Origin: an uncultured delta proteobacterium
GTDB lineage: Bacteria > Desulfobacterota > Binatia > Binatales > Binataceae
Direction of reading: 5' to 3'
Assembly (NCBI GenBank): GCA_963724765.1
Contig: CAVRVY010000004.1
Location: 1,120,001-1,184,000 of the forward strand
DNA: 64,000 bases
In this document: piece by piece, positions 49,083 through 59,004 of the stretch
Numbering within the stretch: position 1 is the first letter of the stretch
Layout: each line of letters begins with the position of its first letter
Notes under the pieces: generated by a model
Told to the model about the DNA's origin: nothing
The model's input: only the letters and a program-made list of their open reading frames with translations
Databases searched by the model: none
Program-made: the position numbers and the translations under genes

Positions 49083-49439
49083 CTATCGGCTGAGCCACTT
49101 CGGATTGTTTATCGCCAGCGCGTCGGCCAGCGATTGACGCAGATGCGCACGCAGGTTCGTGTCGTTCAAATCAATAGCGCCGCGGCGGATCAATTCGGAT
49201 AGTTCGCCGCTTAAGGTTTCGGTGTCGCCGTCGTGTCCGACCAGCGCGCGAAGGCGCTCGCGCTCCGCCGCCGATTGCGTCTCGCGCAACTCGAGCTCCC
49301 GCCGCACGATATTCAGCACATTGGCGGTGACCCTGGTCTGAAAGCGATGATATCCGGTCAGCGTGGGAAGCAGCTCTTCTTCGAGATACTTCACCGCCGC
49401 GGTGAGAAGAACAGGCGCGCTCGGCATACTCTGTGGCAT
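49083..49439 (-). CDS. DUF6285-like protein
   Basis: LLTAAV.YL, FQTRVTANVL.IV.REL, LAINNPKW; usual partner of APH/ACAD. Confidence 0.8.
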   Translation of the reverse strand: MPQSMPSAPVLLTAAVKYLEEELLPTLTGYHRFQTRVTANVLNIVRRELELRETQSAAERERLRALVGHDGDTETLSGELSELIRRGAIDLNDTNLRAHLRQSLADALAINNPKWLSR

Positions 49440-49469
49440 TGTCAGTTCCTCTCCGGCTGTTTTCTCCGG

Positions 49470-50471
49470 CTATTTCCGGCTCTCGATCAGATTGAGAAAA
49501 TCCCATAGCGGTTCTTCGATACGCCTTCCGATCGCGGATCGCTCGATGCCGACCTCGCCGACGCCGCGGGTCCCCAAAAGCAGGCAATCGACCGCCCATT
49601 TGACGTTGCCGAACGCCTCCCAGAATTTGACGTGCCCGGGATCGACCGGGTAACCGCTCGCCCTCTCATACGCAGCGAAAAGATCTTCGCGCGAGCCAAA
49701 GCCACCGACCGGCCCGGCGCCGCCGAAACGCCACGTCCTGATGCACAGCCATCCGAGATCCTGCATCGGGTCGCCGGTCTGCGCGAGTTCCCAATCGAGG
49801 ACGCATCGGATGCCCTCCTCGCCCACGATCATATTCCCTGTGCGGAAATCGCCGTGCAGAACGGTGAGGCGTTGATTGCGCGGCACGTTCTCGGCGGCCC
49901 AGCGCAAGGCGAGTTCGAGCGCGGGCAGCCTGAAGTTGTAGGTATCGACGATCCTGCGATGCGCCGCGACGTGTTCGGCGGCGTCCTGTCGCATCAGGAA
50001 TGGCGCCTCGACCGAATCGATCCGATGAATCGCAGCGAGAATCTCTCCGCATTGCCGCGCCATCACGCTCCGCGCCGCCGCGAACCGCTCATCGCGCACG
50101 ATCCGCGAGCCGAGCGTCTCTCCCGCAACGCGTTCCGTGACGTACCCTTCGCCGAGGCCGTCTGCGGGCTCCAGAATCGCGACCACGCGCGGCGCCGGAG
50201 CGCCCACGCGCGCGGCCGCGATCATAAGGCGCGCCTGCTCTGCGGGAGTTATTTGCGGCACGATTCCGGCCACCGAATCGAAAGTCTCGGTGCCGAGCTG
50301 AATGATAAATTGCCGGCGCTGGCCGCCGGCGTCGGCATCGTCCGCGTCAAACGACATCGTCGTCCGATTCGCGCCGCCGGTCAGGCGCTGCAGGTCATGC
50401 ACTTTCGCGGGCTTGCCAGTATGCCGCGCGAGCGCCATCTCGAGCCGAACCAAAAACGCGTCATCGCTCAT
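49470..50471 (-). CDS. APH-like phosphotransferase (ACAD10/11-associated type)
   Basis: LTGGA, HGDFRTGN, LDWELA..GDPM.DLGW. Confidence 0.9.
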   Translation of the reverse strand: MSDDAFLVRLEMALARHTGKPAKVHDLQRLTGGANRTTMSFDADDADAGGQRRQFIIQLGTETFDSVAGIVPQITPAEQARLMIAAARVGAPAPRVVAILEPADGLGEGYVTERVAGETLGSRIVRDERFAAARSVMARQCGEILAAIHRIDSVEAPFLMRQDAAEHVAAHRRIVDTYNFRLPALELALRWAAENVPRNQRLTVLHGDFRTGNMIVGEEGIRCVLDWELAQTGDPMQDLGWLCIRTWRFGGAGPVGGFGSREDLFAAYERASGYPVDPGHVKFWEAFGNVKWAVDCLLLGTRGVGEVGIERSAIGRRIEEPLWDFLNLIESRK

Positions 50472-50498
50472 GCACTACGTCCCCGGGCGTGACGCCGC

Positions 50499-51770
50499 CT
50501 ATTCGTTCGCCCTTCCCCGGCTACCGAAACCGAACATTACCTGCGCCACGCGCCGCATCTGAATCTCCTCCGCGCCTTCGGTAATTCGATAGCGCCGATG
50601 ATGCCGGTAGATGTGCTCGAACGGTTTGTGGCGCGAATAGCCGAGGCCTCCGTGAATCTGCATCGCACGATCGGCGGCCTCGCATACCAGACGGTTCGCG
50701 CGATAGTTGCACATCGCAACCTTGTCCGAGAGTTTCTCCGCCACCTCGGGCTTGGACATCTGGTCCATCTCCCACGCCGTCTTGTGAATCAACGCGCGGA
50801 GCATCGCGGCCTCGGTCTGATGCTCGACCAGCGGCCATTGGATGGCCTGGTTGGTGGCGAGCGGCTTGCCGAAAGGCTTGCGCTCCTTCGCATACTGGAT
50901 GCTTTCGTTGATGCAATATTGCGCGGCGCCGAGCGAGGAGGCCGCCTGCCGGATGCGGTTCTCGTGCACGAAGTGCTGCGCGACTTCCAGACCGTTTTCC
51001 GGATCGCCAAGCGTCGCGTCGCCCGGAACGTACACGTCGGTGAGCGAGATTCGCGGATGGTCTGTCGGCATGTTGAAGGTCCAGAGGTATTCCTCGATTT
51101 TGAAACCTTCGCTGTTGACCGGAACGATGAAGCAGGTGATGCCCTTGGCGCCGCCGTCACGTCCACTGGTCCGGGCAAACACGAAATCGTGCGTCGCGAC
51201 GTGCAGGCCCGTGTTCCAGATTTTTGCTCCGTTGATGCACCAGCCGTCGCCTTCGCGGACGGCGCGCGTCTCCATCCAGGTGGCGTCGGAGCCGTGATTC
51301 GGCTCGGTCAGGCCGAACGCTACGCTAATCGAGCCGTCAAGGATTCGCGGGATGAACGCGTCCTTCTGCTCCCTGGTGCCAAAATCGCGGAACATCAGGA
51401 CCGTCGGCAGGTTGCCCACGATCGAGCTCTCGTTCTGAAGATCGTTGTGCAGGCCCAACCCCTTGGCCGCGAGGTGCTCCCGTATGATCGCCATCGCTAG
51501 GTTGGAGCCGTCCTTGCCGCCGTACTCCCTGGGAAGCGCGAAGCGATAATGCCCCGCCCGGTCGGCGCGCCGGCGCATCTCGGTTAGCAAGTCTTCCCAT
51601 TCATGGCGCGGCAGTCCACCGCGTTCGAAGTCGGTGCGCGCCCATTCGCGGCGATGGTCGAAGAAGCGGATATTGTCGTTTTCGCGTTCGAGCGGCTTGA
51701 TTTCGCGCTCGATGAACTGATCCAGTTCCGCAAGGTAAGCGGCAATTTCTGCTGGAATTTTGAAATCCAC
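50499..51770 (-). CDS. Acyl-CoA dehydrogenase
   Basis: AGGAG RBS with GTG; FGLTEP.HGSD, NGAK.W, R..FGKPL..NQ, QIHGG.G, RITEGAEEIQ. Confidence 0.93.
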   Translation of the reverse strand: MDFKIPAEIAAYLAELDQFIEREIKPLERENDNIRFFDHRREWARTDFERGGLPRHEWEDLLTEMRRRADRAGHYRFALPREYGGKDGSNLAMAIIREHLAAKGLGLHNDLQNESSIVGNLPTVLMFRDFGTREQKDAFIPRILDGSISVAFGLTEPNHGSDATWMETRAVREGDGWCINGAKIWNTGLHVATHDFVFARTSGRDGGAKGITCFIVPVNSEGFKIEEYLWTFNMPTDHPRISLTDVYVPGDATLGDPENGLEVAQHFVHENRIRQAASSLGAAQYCINESIQYAKERKPFGKPLATNQAIQWPLVEHQTEAAMLRALIHKTAWEMDQMSKPEVAEKLSDKVAMCNYRANRLVCEAADRAMQIHGGLGYSRHKPFEHIYRHHRRYRITEGAEEIQMRRVAQVMFGFGSRGRANE

Positions 51771-52029
51771 GGCTGCGCTCCTGTAGCAATGTTTCTCGGA
51801 CTGTCCTGATCTCATCCAGTCGCATCCCGGCCACTGGCCAGACGCCCGAGCCTCGCCCAGAGTACGCAAACCGAAAGCCGTCGAACAAACGCTGTGCGCA
51901 AACCCCGGCAGCCTTCGCCGTGCCGCTTCAGGCAACCGATCCGACGCTTTTCTTCCGGTAGCAATTCGGAATGAACTGGACGTATGATGCGCCAAACTGT
52001 TTGCGGCGCCTGCTGGAGGTTAGAACGCG

Positions 52030-53256
52030 ATGAAATTCATGTACTTTTTTCTTCCCACTATTCCCGCCACGCTCGAAGAGCGGCGCGCGCTTCGTCCAAT
52101 CGCGAACCATACTGACCGCTGGCAACGCTTGATCGCAGAAGTGGTGGAGATCGCTCAGCAGGCGGAGGAACTGGGCTTCGATGCGGTGGGCTTCCCGGAG
52201 CATCATCTACATAGCGAAGGAATCGAGGTCGGCAGCCTGCCGCTCCTCACGCAGCACGTGATTCAAAACACCAAGCGTATCAAGGTCGGGCCCATCGGCT
52301 ACGTTCTGCCGGGATGGAACCCGCTTAGGCTGGCGCTCGAAATTGCGTGGCTCGATCAGTTGACCAAGGGCAGAACCTTCGTGGGCCTCGCGCGCGGTTA
52401 CCAGGCCCGCTGGCTCAACCAGATGGCGCAGAAGATCCACGTTGGCGCAACCAGCAGCGACAAGAGCGAAACCGACCGCATCAATCGCGAGGCTTTCGAA
52501 GAGGTTTTCCGCTTTCTCAAGCTGGCATGGGCCGACGAACCCTTTCGCTTCAAAGGCAAGCATTACGAGTATCCCTTTCCGCAGGAGGGAACGCCGTGGC
52601 CGCCGCATGAATTTACGCGCAAGTACGGCTTCCCCGGCGAAGTCGACGAAGAGGGACGCATCCAGAAGATCAGCGTGGTCCCAAAGCCATATCAGAAACC
52701 GCATCCTCCGTTGTTCCAGGCCTTTTCGATGAGCGAGGAGACGGTGCGCTGGTGCGCTCGCGAGGCGATTACACCGACCATCCTGATCTCGCAGCCAGAG
52801 CGACTGCGCAAGCTGGCCGAGGCCTATCAGGAAGAGGCAAAAAAGGCCGGCCGTCAGTTAAAGCTGGGCGATAACATCGGCGTGCTGCGCACGGTGTACA
52901 TGGCGGAAAATCACGCGAAGGCGGAGAAGCTGGCCGAAGCCGGACAATGCGGATTTGCCTTCCGCGAGTTCTTTTACCATTTCGGTTTCTTCGAGGCCTG
53001 GCGCGAGGCCGCTGACGACGTCAAGTACGGCAAAAAGATGCTGCCCGTCGAGGAAGCCACCACCGCGCGCATGGAGCGGGCGGACTTCGCCTACATCGGC
53101 AGTGTCGACGACGTCCGGCGCAAGATCGATGCGCTGGTGGAAAACGCCCATCCGGAATGGTTTGTCTGGCAGGGCGACCAGGGACTGATACCGCTCGCTG
53201 AGGCCAAGCGACAGGTCGAGCTCTTCGGCAAGGAACTGCTGCCGCGCTACAAGTAG
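52030..53256 (+). CDS. LLM flavin-dependent oxidoreductase
   Basis: GGAGG RBS; FPEHHLH, WNPLRLA, GLARGYQ, PYQKPHPP. Confidence 0.92.
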   Translation: MKFMYFFLPTIPATLEERRALRPIANHTDRWQRLIAEVVEIAQQAEELGFDAVGFPEHHLHSEGIEVGSLPLLTQHVIQNTKRIKVGPIGYVLPGWNPLRLALEIAWLDQLTKGRTFVGLARGYQARWLNQMAQKIHVGATSSDKSETDRINREAFEEVFRFLKLAWADEPFRFKGKHYEYPFPQEGTPWPPHEFTRKYGFPGEVDEEGRIQKISVVPKPYQKPHPPLFQAFSMSEETVRWCAREAITPTILISQPERLRKLAEAYQEEAKKAGRQLKLGDNIGVLRTVYMAENHAKAEKLAEAGQCGFAFREFFYHFGFFEAWREAADDVKYGKKMLPVEEATTARMERADFAYIGSVDDVRRKIDALVENAHPEWFVWQGDQGLIPLAEAKRQVELFGKELLPRYK

Positions 53257-53261
53257 GCTGC

Positions 53262-53299
53262 TTTTTACCTCCTCCCCAAGACAATCGGAGGAGGAAAAA
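53262..53299. repeat. Hairpin between convergent genes
   Basis: TTTTT-A-CCTCCTCC...GGAGGAGG-AAAAA. Confidence 0.45.
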
Positions 53300-53315
53300 T
53301 AAAGACCCGGCGCGG

Positions 53316-54344
53316 TCACCGCAGATGCGGCAGCACCTCTTCGCCGAAGAGTTGGAGGCATTGCATCGTTTCGGCGCGGCGCGGGCCAAGCGGCACGCGG
53401 CTCCGAATGATTAGGTAGTCGGCGCCTAAAGCGCCGCACCAATATTTGGCGCGTTCGACGCAAGTCTGCGGATCGCCAAGCACCAGGAACTTGCGCATCT
53501 TCGCCACGGTAAAATCCGACTCGCTCTGGAACTCCGGATTCGGCGTGAGCAGGCCGTAGCGGAAGTAGTAGAGCATGTCCTGAACCCACAGTTCGCCGAA
53601 GGTGCGCTCCGCTTCCTCCTGCGTCCGCGCGACCCATCCGTCGCGCATCAGCACGACCATCGGGCGCCGCGCATGCTTCGCCGCCTCGTTGCGATAAATA
53701 TCAGCCTGTGATCGCAGCGTCTCGAACGAATCCCAAAACGGTAGAATCGCCCACGCGTCACCCAGGCGGCCGGCACGCTTGATGGCTTCTGGATAAGCCG
53801 CGCCGATCCAGAGCGGCGGCCCTCCCGCCTGATACGGCTTCGGCGAGAGCAGCACGCTGTCGAAATGATAGCGCTTGCCGTGGAACGAGTACTTGGCGGT
53901 GCTCGACCATGCGCCGCGAAGAATTTCGATCGACTCCTCGAAGCGCGAGAAGCGCTGCTTGTGCGGTTCGCCGAAGAGGTTGAAGTAGTCAGGATGATAG
54001 CCCATCCCCACTCCGAGCCTGACCCGCCCGCGGGAGAGGTTATCGATCATCGCTACGTCTTCTGCCAGATGCATCGGATTGTACAACGGGGGCTGCAAGA
54101 CCATCGTGCCGAGGTCGACCCGCCTGGTCCGCACAGCCAGCGCCGCCATGATGATGAGCGGTGGCGGAAACACGCATTCGCTGCGGGCGTGACGTTCCGG
54201 GAAGAAAACCCCGTCGAAGCCGCTGCGCTCGGCCTGCTCGCCCTCTTCGAGCAGTTGCTCGGCGAAGTCGGCGACCGTCTCGCGTGAGGGAATCGGCTGG
54301 CCGTACGCACCGCTATGCGTGTCGGGCATGTATCCGATCTTCAT
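53316..54344 (-). CDS. LLM flavin-dependent oxidoreductase
   Basis: AGGAGG RBS; AERSGFDG, PERH, YNPMHLAED, SRGR..LGVG.GY, PKPYQ..GPPLWIG. Confidence 0.92.
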   Translation of the reverse strand: MKIGYMPDTHSGAYGQPIPSRETVADFAEQLLEEGEQAERSGFDGVFFPERHARSECVFPPPLIIMAALAVRTRRVDLGTMVLQPPLYNPMHLAEDVAMIDNLSRGRVRLGVGMGYHPDYFNLFGEPHKQRFSRFEESIEILRGAWSSTAKYSFHGKRYHFDSVLLSPKPYQAGGPPLWIGAAYPEAIKRAGRLGDAWAILPFWDSFETLRSQADIYRNEAAKHARRPMVVLMRDGWVARTQEEAERTFGELWVQDMLYYFRYGLLTPNPEFQSESDFTVAKMRKFLVLGDPQTCVERAKYWCGALGADYLIIRSRVPLGPRRAETMQCLQLFGEEVLPHLR

Positions 54345-54370
54345 GACCGCCTCCTGCGGGGAGTCTGTTC

Positions 54371-55054
54371 CTACCAGATTCCGGGCAGTAACCGGTAGCG
54401 CACCGCGTCCGCGTAGGTCAAATAGCCCTTGAGGTTGCTTTTCAGAAACCGATCTTCGGCGACGGTGCGGCCGAGGAGCAGTGGCACGCACGCCACGGCG
54501 GGCAGCAACGCGAGCCACGATCCCAGTGCGACGCCGCTCGACAGACAGAACATCAATCCGGCGATGTAGCCGGGATGCCTGACCCAACGATAAGGGCCGC
54601 CGGTTATCAGCACGTGCCCGCGATCCTCCTGCAAGCGGATTATCGAGGAGAAAACCCGATTGGTCCGCATCGCCCAGACGATCAACGCGAGCGCCAGGGC
54701 GAAGATCGCCAGTCCTACAATCTGAAAGTCTTGCGCAACGGAATCGGACCAGTGAAATCGTCCGACATCAAGCCCGGCGATACACCAATGCACCACGGGC
54801 GGAAGGAGCAACGCATAGTATCGATACTTCAGCGGTTGGCCGCCGGGCCGTACCCGTTCGTAGAGCAGTTCCGAATCGATGACACATGCCGCGACGGTGA
54901 ACGACGCGACGCAATCGAGCAGGTACGCCCAAAAGAAAGGGATGTTTAACCGGCCCGCGCATCCAAAAAGCAGCAGTCCGATTAGCGCGCAAAACCCGAG
55001 CGACTGCGAAATCCAGAAAAGCCTGGACGAAGAGAACGAACTCCCCCCGGGCAT
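54371..55054 (-). CDS. Isoprenylcysteine carboxylmethyltransferase/PEMT-family membrane protein
   Basis: N..FSSIIRLQ.DRGH.LITGGPY..VRHPGY, EDRFL...L.GY..Y...V.YRL.PGIW. Confidence 0.88.
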   Translation of the reverse strand: MPGGSSFSSSRLFWISQSLGFCALIGLLLFGCAGRLNIPFFWAYLLDCVASFTVAACVIDSELLYERVRPGGQPLKYRYYALLLPPVVHWCIAGLDVGRFHWSDSVAQDFQIVGLAIFALALALIVWAMRTNRVFSSIIRLQEDRGHVLITGGPYRWVRHPGYIAGLMFCLSSGVALGSWLALLPAVACVPLLLGRTVAEDRFLKSNLKGYLTYADAVRYRLLPGIW

Positions 55055-55094
55055 GCCGCGCGATCGTCCCGCACGAATCGACGGTGCGCCGTCG

Positions 55095-56912
55095 TTAGCG
55101 GCCGCCGCCGGCCGCGGCCACCGCCTCGGCCTTGGGACGATCCGCCCGCGTGCGCTTCGTCGCCTCGCCGTCGACCGTCCGCGATTTGGAATCGATGACT
55201 ACTCCGTAGTTGTCACGCGCCTGGGCCGGCGTCACGTAGCCGTCGAGAAAGTCTTCCAGCACCCGTGCCGGCTCGCGCATCATCGGATCGCCCCAGCCGC
55301 CGCCGCCGGTGGTCAGGACTTCGAACCGATCGCCCGCTTCAAGGCGCTTGCCGCGCAGCGGATTGTGCCATACGCCGTCGGGGGAAATGCCGCCGAAGAC
55401 GTCGAGCTTGCCGTCCGCGGTAAGGCGCGAGACCCGCTGCGCCACGCTATCGCCGCCGCCCGCGACTCCCGGAGTGCCCGTCCGTGTGCGCGAGGTCTCG
55501 ATCGATACTTCCGAGGAGCCAAGCATGGTGATCACCATGCGCGAGCCCAGTCCGCCGCGGTTGCGGCCGGCGCCGGCGGAATCGGCGCGCAGGTCAAAGG
55601 CCTCGTAGCGGATCGGGAAGAGCAACTCCGCGACCTCAGCCGACAGATTGGCGCAGTTGCCCAACGGATCCTGGGTCACGTTCATCCCGTCGTGGAGCGG
55701 CGTGCCGCCCCATCCCCCGGCCGGCAGATCCGAGAAGACGAAATTTTCACCGCTTATCGGATCTTTCACAGAGCACACGAACCAGTTGCATTCCGCGAAG
55801 GTCGGCGCGACCGCGCGATCGGGAATCGCATCGGAAAGCGCCTTCCAGATGGCCGCCGTAATCTTGGACGAGGTGAGCGTTGTACAACCGATCGTCGGCG
55901 AGGGCCACTTGGCGTTGAGCCAGCTATGCTCTGGCAGCCGAATCTCGATCGGACGGAAGCTGCCCGCGTTGGCCGGCGCATCCGAGGAGAGAAAAAACTT
56001 CAGTGAGTAATAGACCGCCGAATAGGTATTGGCCATCGGCGAGTTGATTCCGCCGGCGACTGGTTTATCGCTGCCCTCGAAATCCACGATGATGCGATCG
56101 TCCTCGACCTTGAGCGTGACTTCCACGCGCACCGGCTCGTCGGAGATGCCGTCGGTGTCGGCATAGTCGACCGCGTGGTAAGTGCCGTTGGGGATCTCGC
56201 GAATAGCGTTACGCGTGAGGCGCTCGGTATAGTCCAGGACCTCGCGCATGCCCTGGCGCACGGTTTCCATCCCATAGCGGCCGGCGATGCGCTGCAGTTC
56301 CGCCTCGGCCACGCGCAGCGCCGCGAGATGAGCCTGCAAATCGCCCTTGATGTACTGCGGGGTGCGCGTGTTGGCGACGATGATCCGCAGCAGGTCATCG
56401 TTGACGCGATAATTCTCATACATCCGAAGCGGCGGCAGCCGCAGTCCCTCGCCGGCGATGTGCGTTCCGAAGGCCTGACCACCGGCCGCGCCGCCGCCGA
56501 CGTCGGTCCAATGGCCGCGCGAAACCGCAAAGCCCAGGATGTCGCCCTCGAAAAAGACCGGCATCGTGAAGGTCATGTCGTTCAGATGCGTGCCGCCGTC
56601 GTAGGGATCGTTGAGCACGAAGATGTCGCCGGGGCGCAGGCTTTCAAAGCCGAAATGCTTGACCGAGGCCTGTGCCGAAAAATGCATCGCCGCAATATGG
56701 ACCGGGCAATTGGCGGTCTGGCCGAGCAGCTCCAGCTTCTCGTTGTAGATCGCGTTGGAAAAATCGACCATGTCGTAGATGATCGGCGAGAAGGCGGCCT
56801 TCTGCAGCACCGTGCTCATCCTGCCGCAGACGTATTCGAAGGAGCTGCGCAGGACTTCGAAGGTTACCGGGTCAAGCCGCTTGCCATTTTCGTTGGAGGT
56901 GTTCATCGGCAC
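55095..56912 (-). CDS. Hydantoinase B/oxoprolinase subunit
   Basis: DPVTFEV, NDPY.GGTHLND, HWTDVGG, EGLRLPP, DSAGAG..RGG, GGGGWGDP. Confidence 0.93.
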   Translation of the reverse strand: MPMNTSNENGKRLDPVTFEVLRSSFEYVCGRMSTVLQKAAFSPIIYDMVDFSNAIYNEKLELLGQTANCPVHIAAMHFSAQASVKHFGFESLRPGDIFVLNDPYDGGTHLNDMTFTMPVFFEGDILGFAVSRGHWTDVGGGAAGGQAFGTHIAGEGLRLPPLRMYENYRVNDDLLRIIVANTRTPQYIKGDLQAHLAALRVAEAELQRIAGRYGMETVRQGMREVLDYTERLTRNAIREIPNGTYHAVDYADTDGISDEPVRVEVTLKVEDDRIIVDFEGSDKPVAGGINSPMANTYSAVYYSLKFFLSSDAPANAGSFRPIEIRLPEHSWLNAKWPSPTIGCTTLTSSKITAAIWKALSDAIPDRAVAPTFAECNWFVCSVKDPISGENFVFSDLPAGGWGGTPLHDGMNVTQDPLGNCANLSAEVAELLFPIRYEAFDLRADSAGAGRNRGGLGSRMVITMLGSSEVSIETSRTRTGTPGVAGGGDSVAQRVSRLTADGKLDVFGGISPDGVWHNPLRGKRLEAGDRFEVLTTGGGGWGDPMMREPARVLEDFLDGYVTPAQARDNYGVVIDSKSRTVDGEATKRTRADRPKAEAVAAAGGGR

Positions 56913-56915
56913 TCC

Positions 56916-58955
56916 TTACACGGTTATGGACAGATTGCCCTCAGCGTCGACCATCGCCGAACTTGCGGGCGCGAGCGCGGTACATGAATGTTCGTGCTCG
57001 ATTATCGCGGGTCCTTCAATCTTGTGTCCGGGGCGCAAGGCGGCGGCATCGTAGAGCGCGGTCCGGATCTTCTTGCCGTCGAAAATCACGTCTCGCTCGC
57101 CCTTGACCACGTTTCCAGTATCGCTTTTCCGGGCGCCCGCGGGAACAGCCTGCGAATTGCCCGATCCGTGCCCGGCCACCACGCCCAGCGCGGTCACGCC
57201 CAGGCTGACGAAGGCCGGCGCGAACTCCTCCGAGGCGACGCCGTACTCGCGCAAATGCGACTTGTGAAAATTTCCCCTGACCTCGTCGAGCGCCGATCCG
57301 ATATGGTCCGGGATTGGCGTCAGGACCTCGTAGCTCTGACCGACGTAACGCATCTGCGCGGTGCGCTTGAGCCTCACCGCGGCAAGCGCGATTCCTTCGC
57401 GCGACAAAAGCGCGCGGCCTTCATCCTCGAGCGTGCGATAAAGCTGCTCGAGTTGCTCCGGGTTGGTATCCGCGACCGGTGAATAAAAAAACCGCTCCAG
57501 GTCGTGGCGCAAATCCATCCGGGTCGCGCCGTAGGCCGACGCGACACCGGCGTACGCAGGCACGATGACCGTGGGAATTCCGAGCGAGCGAGCGATCCAG
57601 CACGCGTGCATCGCACCCGCGCCGCCCGAACTGGCAAGCGCGAAATCGCGCGGGTCGCGTCCGCGCTCGGCCAGGGCGAGACGAATCGCCTGGGCCATGT
57701 TTTCCGTGCAGATCGACACGATACCTTCGGCCGCCGCGATCGGCTCGAGTCCCACACGCTTGCCGATCTCGGCGACCGCGCGATGGGCGGCGTCACGGTC
57801 GAGAACCATCTTACCGCCGAGCGTCGGCTCCAGCCGGCCGAGCAGCAGATTGGCGTCGGTGACGGTTGCGTGCCTGGCACCTTTGCCATAGCAGGCCGGG
57901 CCAGGGTCGGATCCGGCGCTGCGCGGTCCCACCCGCAACGATCCGCCCTCGTCAATCCAGGCTATCGAGCCGCCGCCCGCGCCGATGCTCCTGATGTCGA
58001 GCATCGGAGTGATGATCGGCATCTCCCAGCGCAGTTCGTAGGAGTTGGTGATAAGCCCCTCGCCGTCTTCGACCACCGCAACGTCGAACGAGGTGCCACC
58101 CATGTCGGTGTGGATGACCTTCGCGGCCTCACGCATCGAGCGCGAGAGCGCGCTGGCGTAGGCCACACCGCCGGCCGGCCCTGATTCGATCAGCTCCTCG
58201 GGCCGTTCGATCGCGGAAGCGACGCCCATCACGCCGCCGTTGGACTTGATGATGAGCAGCGAGCCCTTGAAACCCCATTGGGCGAGTTCGTGTTCGAGGT
58301 CCTGGAGATAACCGGCCATTACCGGCAGCAGAACGGCGCGTACTACCGTGGTCATGAAACGGCCCAGCTCGCGGAACTGCGGGCGGGTCTCGCTGGAAAT
58401 TGCGACCCGCACTTTCGGCGCGGCTTCGCGTATCAGTTCGCGCACCCGCCGTTCATGGCGGCCGTCGACGTAGGCGTTAATGAAGCAGACCGCGATTGTT
58501 TCGGCGCCCTGTGCGAGCGCGTCCGCGATCACCTCGCGCGCCGCCTTTTCGTCCAGCGGCCGGACCGTCTCGCCCTGGGCCGACATCCGCTCGGTGAGCG
58601 CGAACCGCATGCGCCGCGGGATGAGCGGCCGCTCCTTGACCTGGTATGGATCGTAAAGGCGTTCGCGGCGCTGGCGGCCAATCTCGATCGTGTCGCGAAA
58701 CCCTTCCGTGGTGATCATCGCCGCGGTGGGAAAGGTGCGCTCGATCAAAGCGTTGGTCGCGGTCGTGCTGCCGTGCACTATTTCCGCGACCTTGGCCGGG
58801 TTGATGCCCGTTTGCGCGAGCGCGCCGAGCACGCTTTCGACCAGCCGATGCTTGGTTCCGAGAACTTTGGCCGTGCGGGTTTCGCCGTTCTCTTCATTGA
58901 CCGCGAAGAGATCGGTGAAGGTTCCGCCAACATCTATTCCTATTCGCCAGGACAT
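56916..58955 (-). CDS. Hydantoinase A/oxoprolinase ATP-binding subunit
   Basis: IDVGGTFTD, HGSTTATNA, SGPAGG, DMGGTSFD, GAGGGS, GP.SAGSDPGPACY. Confidence 0.95.
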   Translation of the reverse strand: MSWRIGIDVGGTFTDLFAVNEENGETRTAKVLGTKHRLVESVLGALAQTGINPAKVAEIVHGSTTATNALIERTFPTAAMITTEGFRDTIEIGRQRRERLYDPYQVKERPLIPRRMRFALTERMSAQGETVRPLDEKAAREVIADALAQGAETIAVCFINAYVDGRHERRVRELIREAAPKVRVAISSETRPQFRELGRFMTTVVRAVLLPVMAGYLQDLEHELAQWGFKGSLLIIKSNGGVMGVASAIERPEELIESGPAGGVAYASALSRSMREAAKVIHTDMGGTSFDVAVVEDGEGLITNSYELRWEMPIITPMLDIRSIGAGGGSIAWIDEGGSLRVGPRSAGSDPGPACYGKGARHATVTDANLLLGRLEPTLGGKMVLDRDAAHRAVAEIGKRVGLEPIAAAEGIVSICTENMAQAIRLALAERGRDPRDFALASSGGAGAMHACWIARSLGIPTVIVPAYAGVASAYGATRMDLRHDLERFFYSPVADTNPEQLEQLYRTLEDEGRALLSREGIALAAVRLKRTAQMRYVGQSYEVLTPIPDHIGSALDEVRGNFHKSHLREYGVASEEFAPAFVSLGVTALGVVAGHGSGNSQAVPAGARKSDTGNVVKGERDVIFDGKKIRTALYDAAALRPGHKIEGPAIIEHEHSCTALAPASSAMVDAEGNLSITV

Positions 58956-59004
58956 CGCCGCCGATGCTAGCCGTCCACACGATCCAGGTCAAAGGAAACG
59001 GGGC

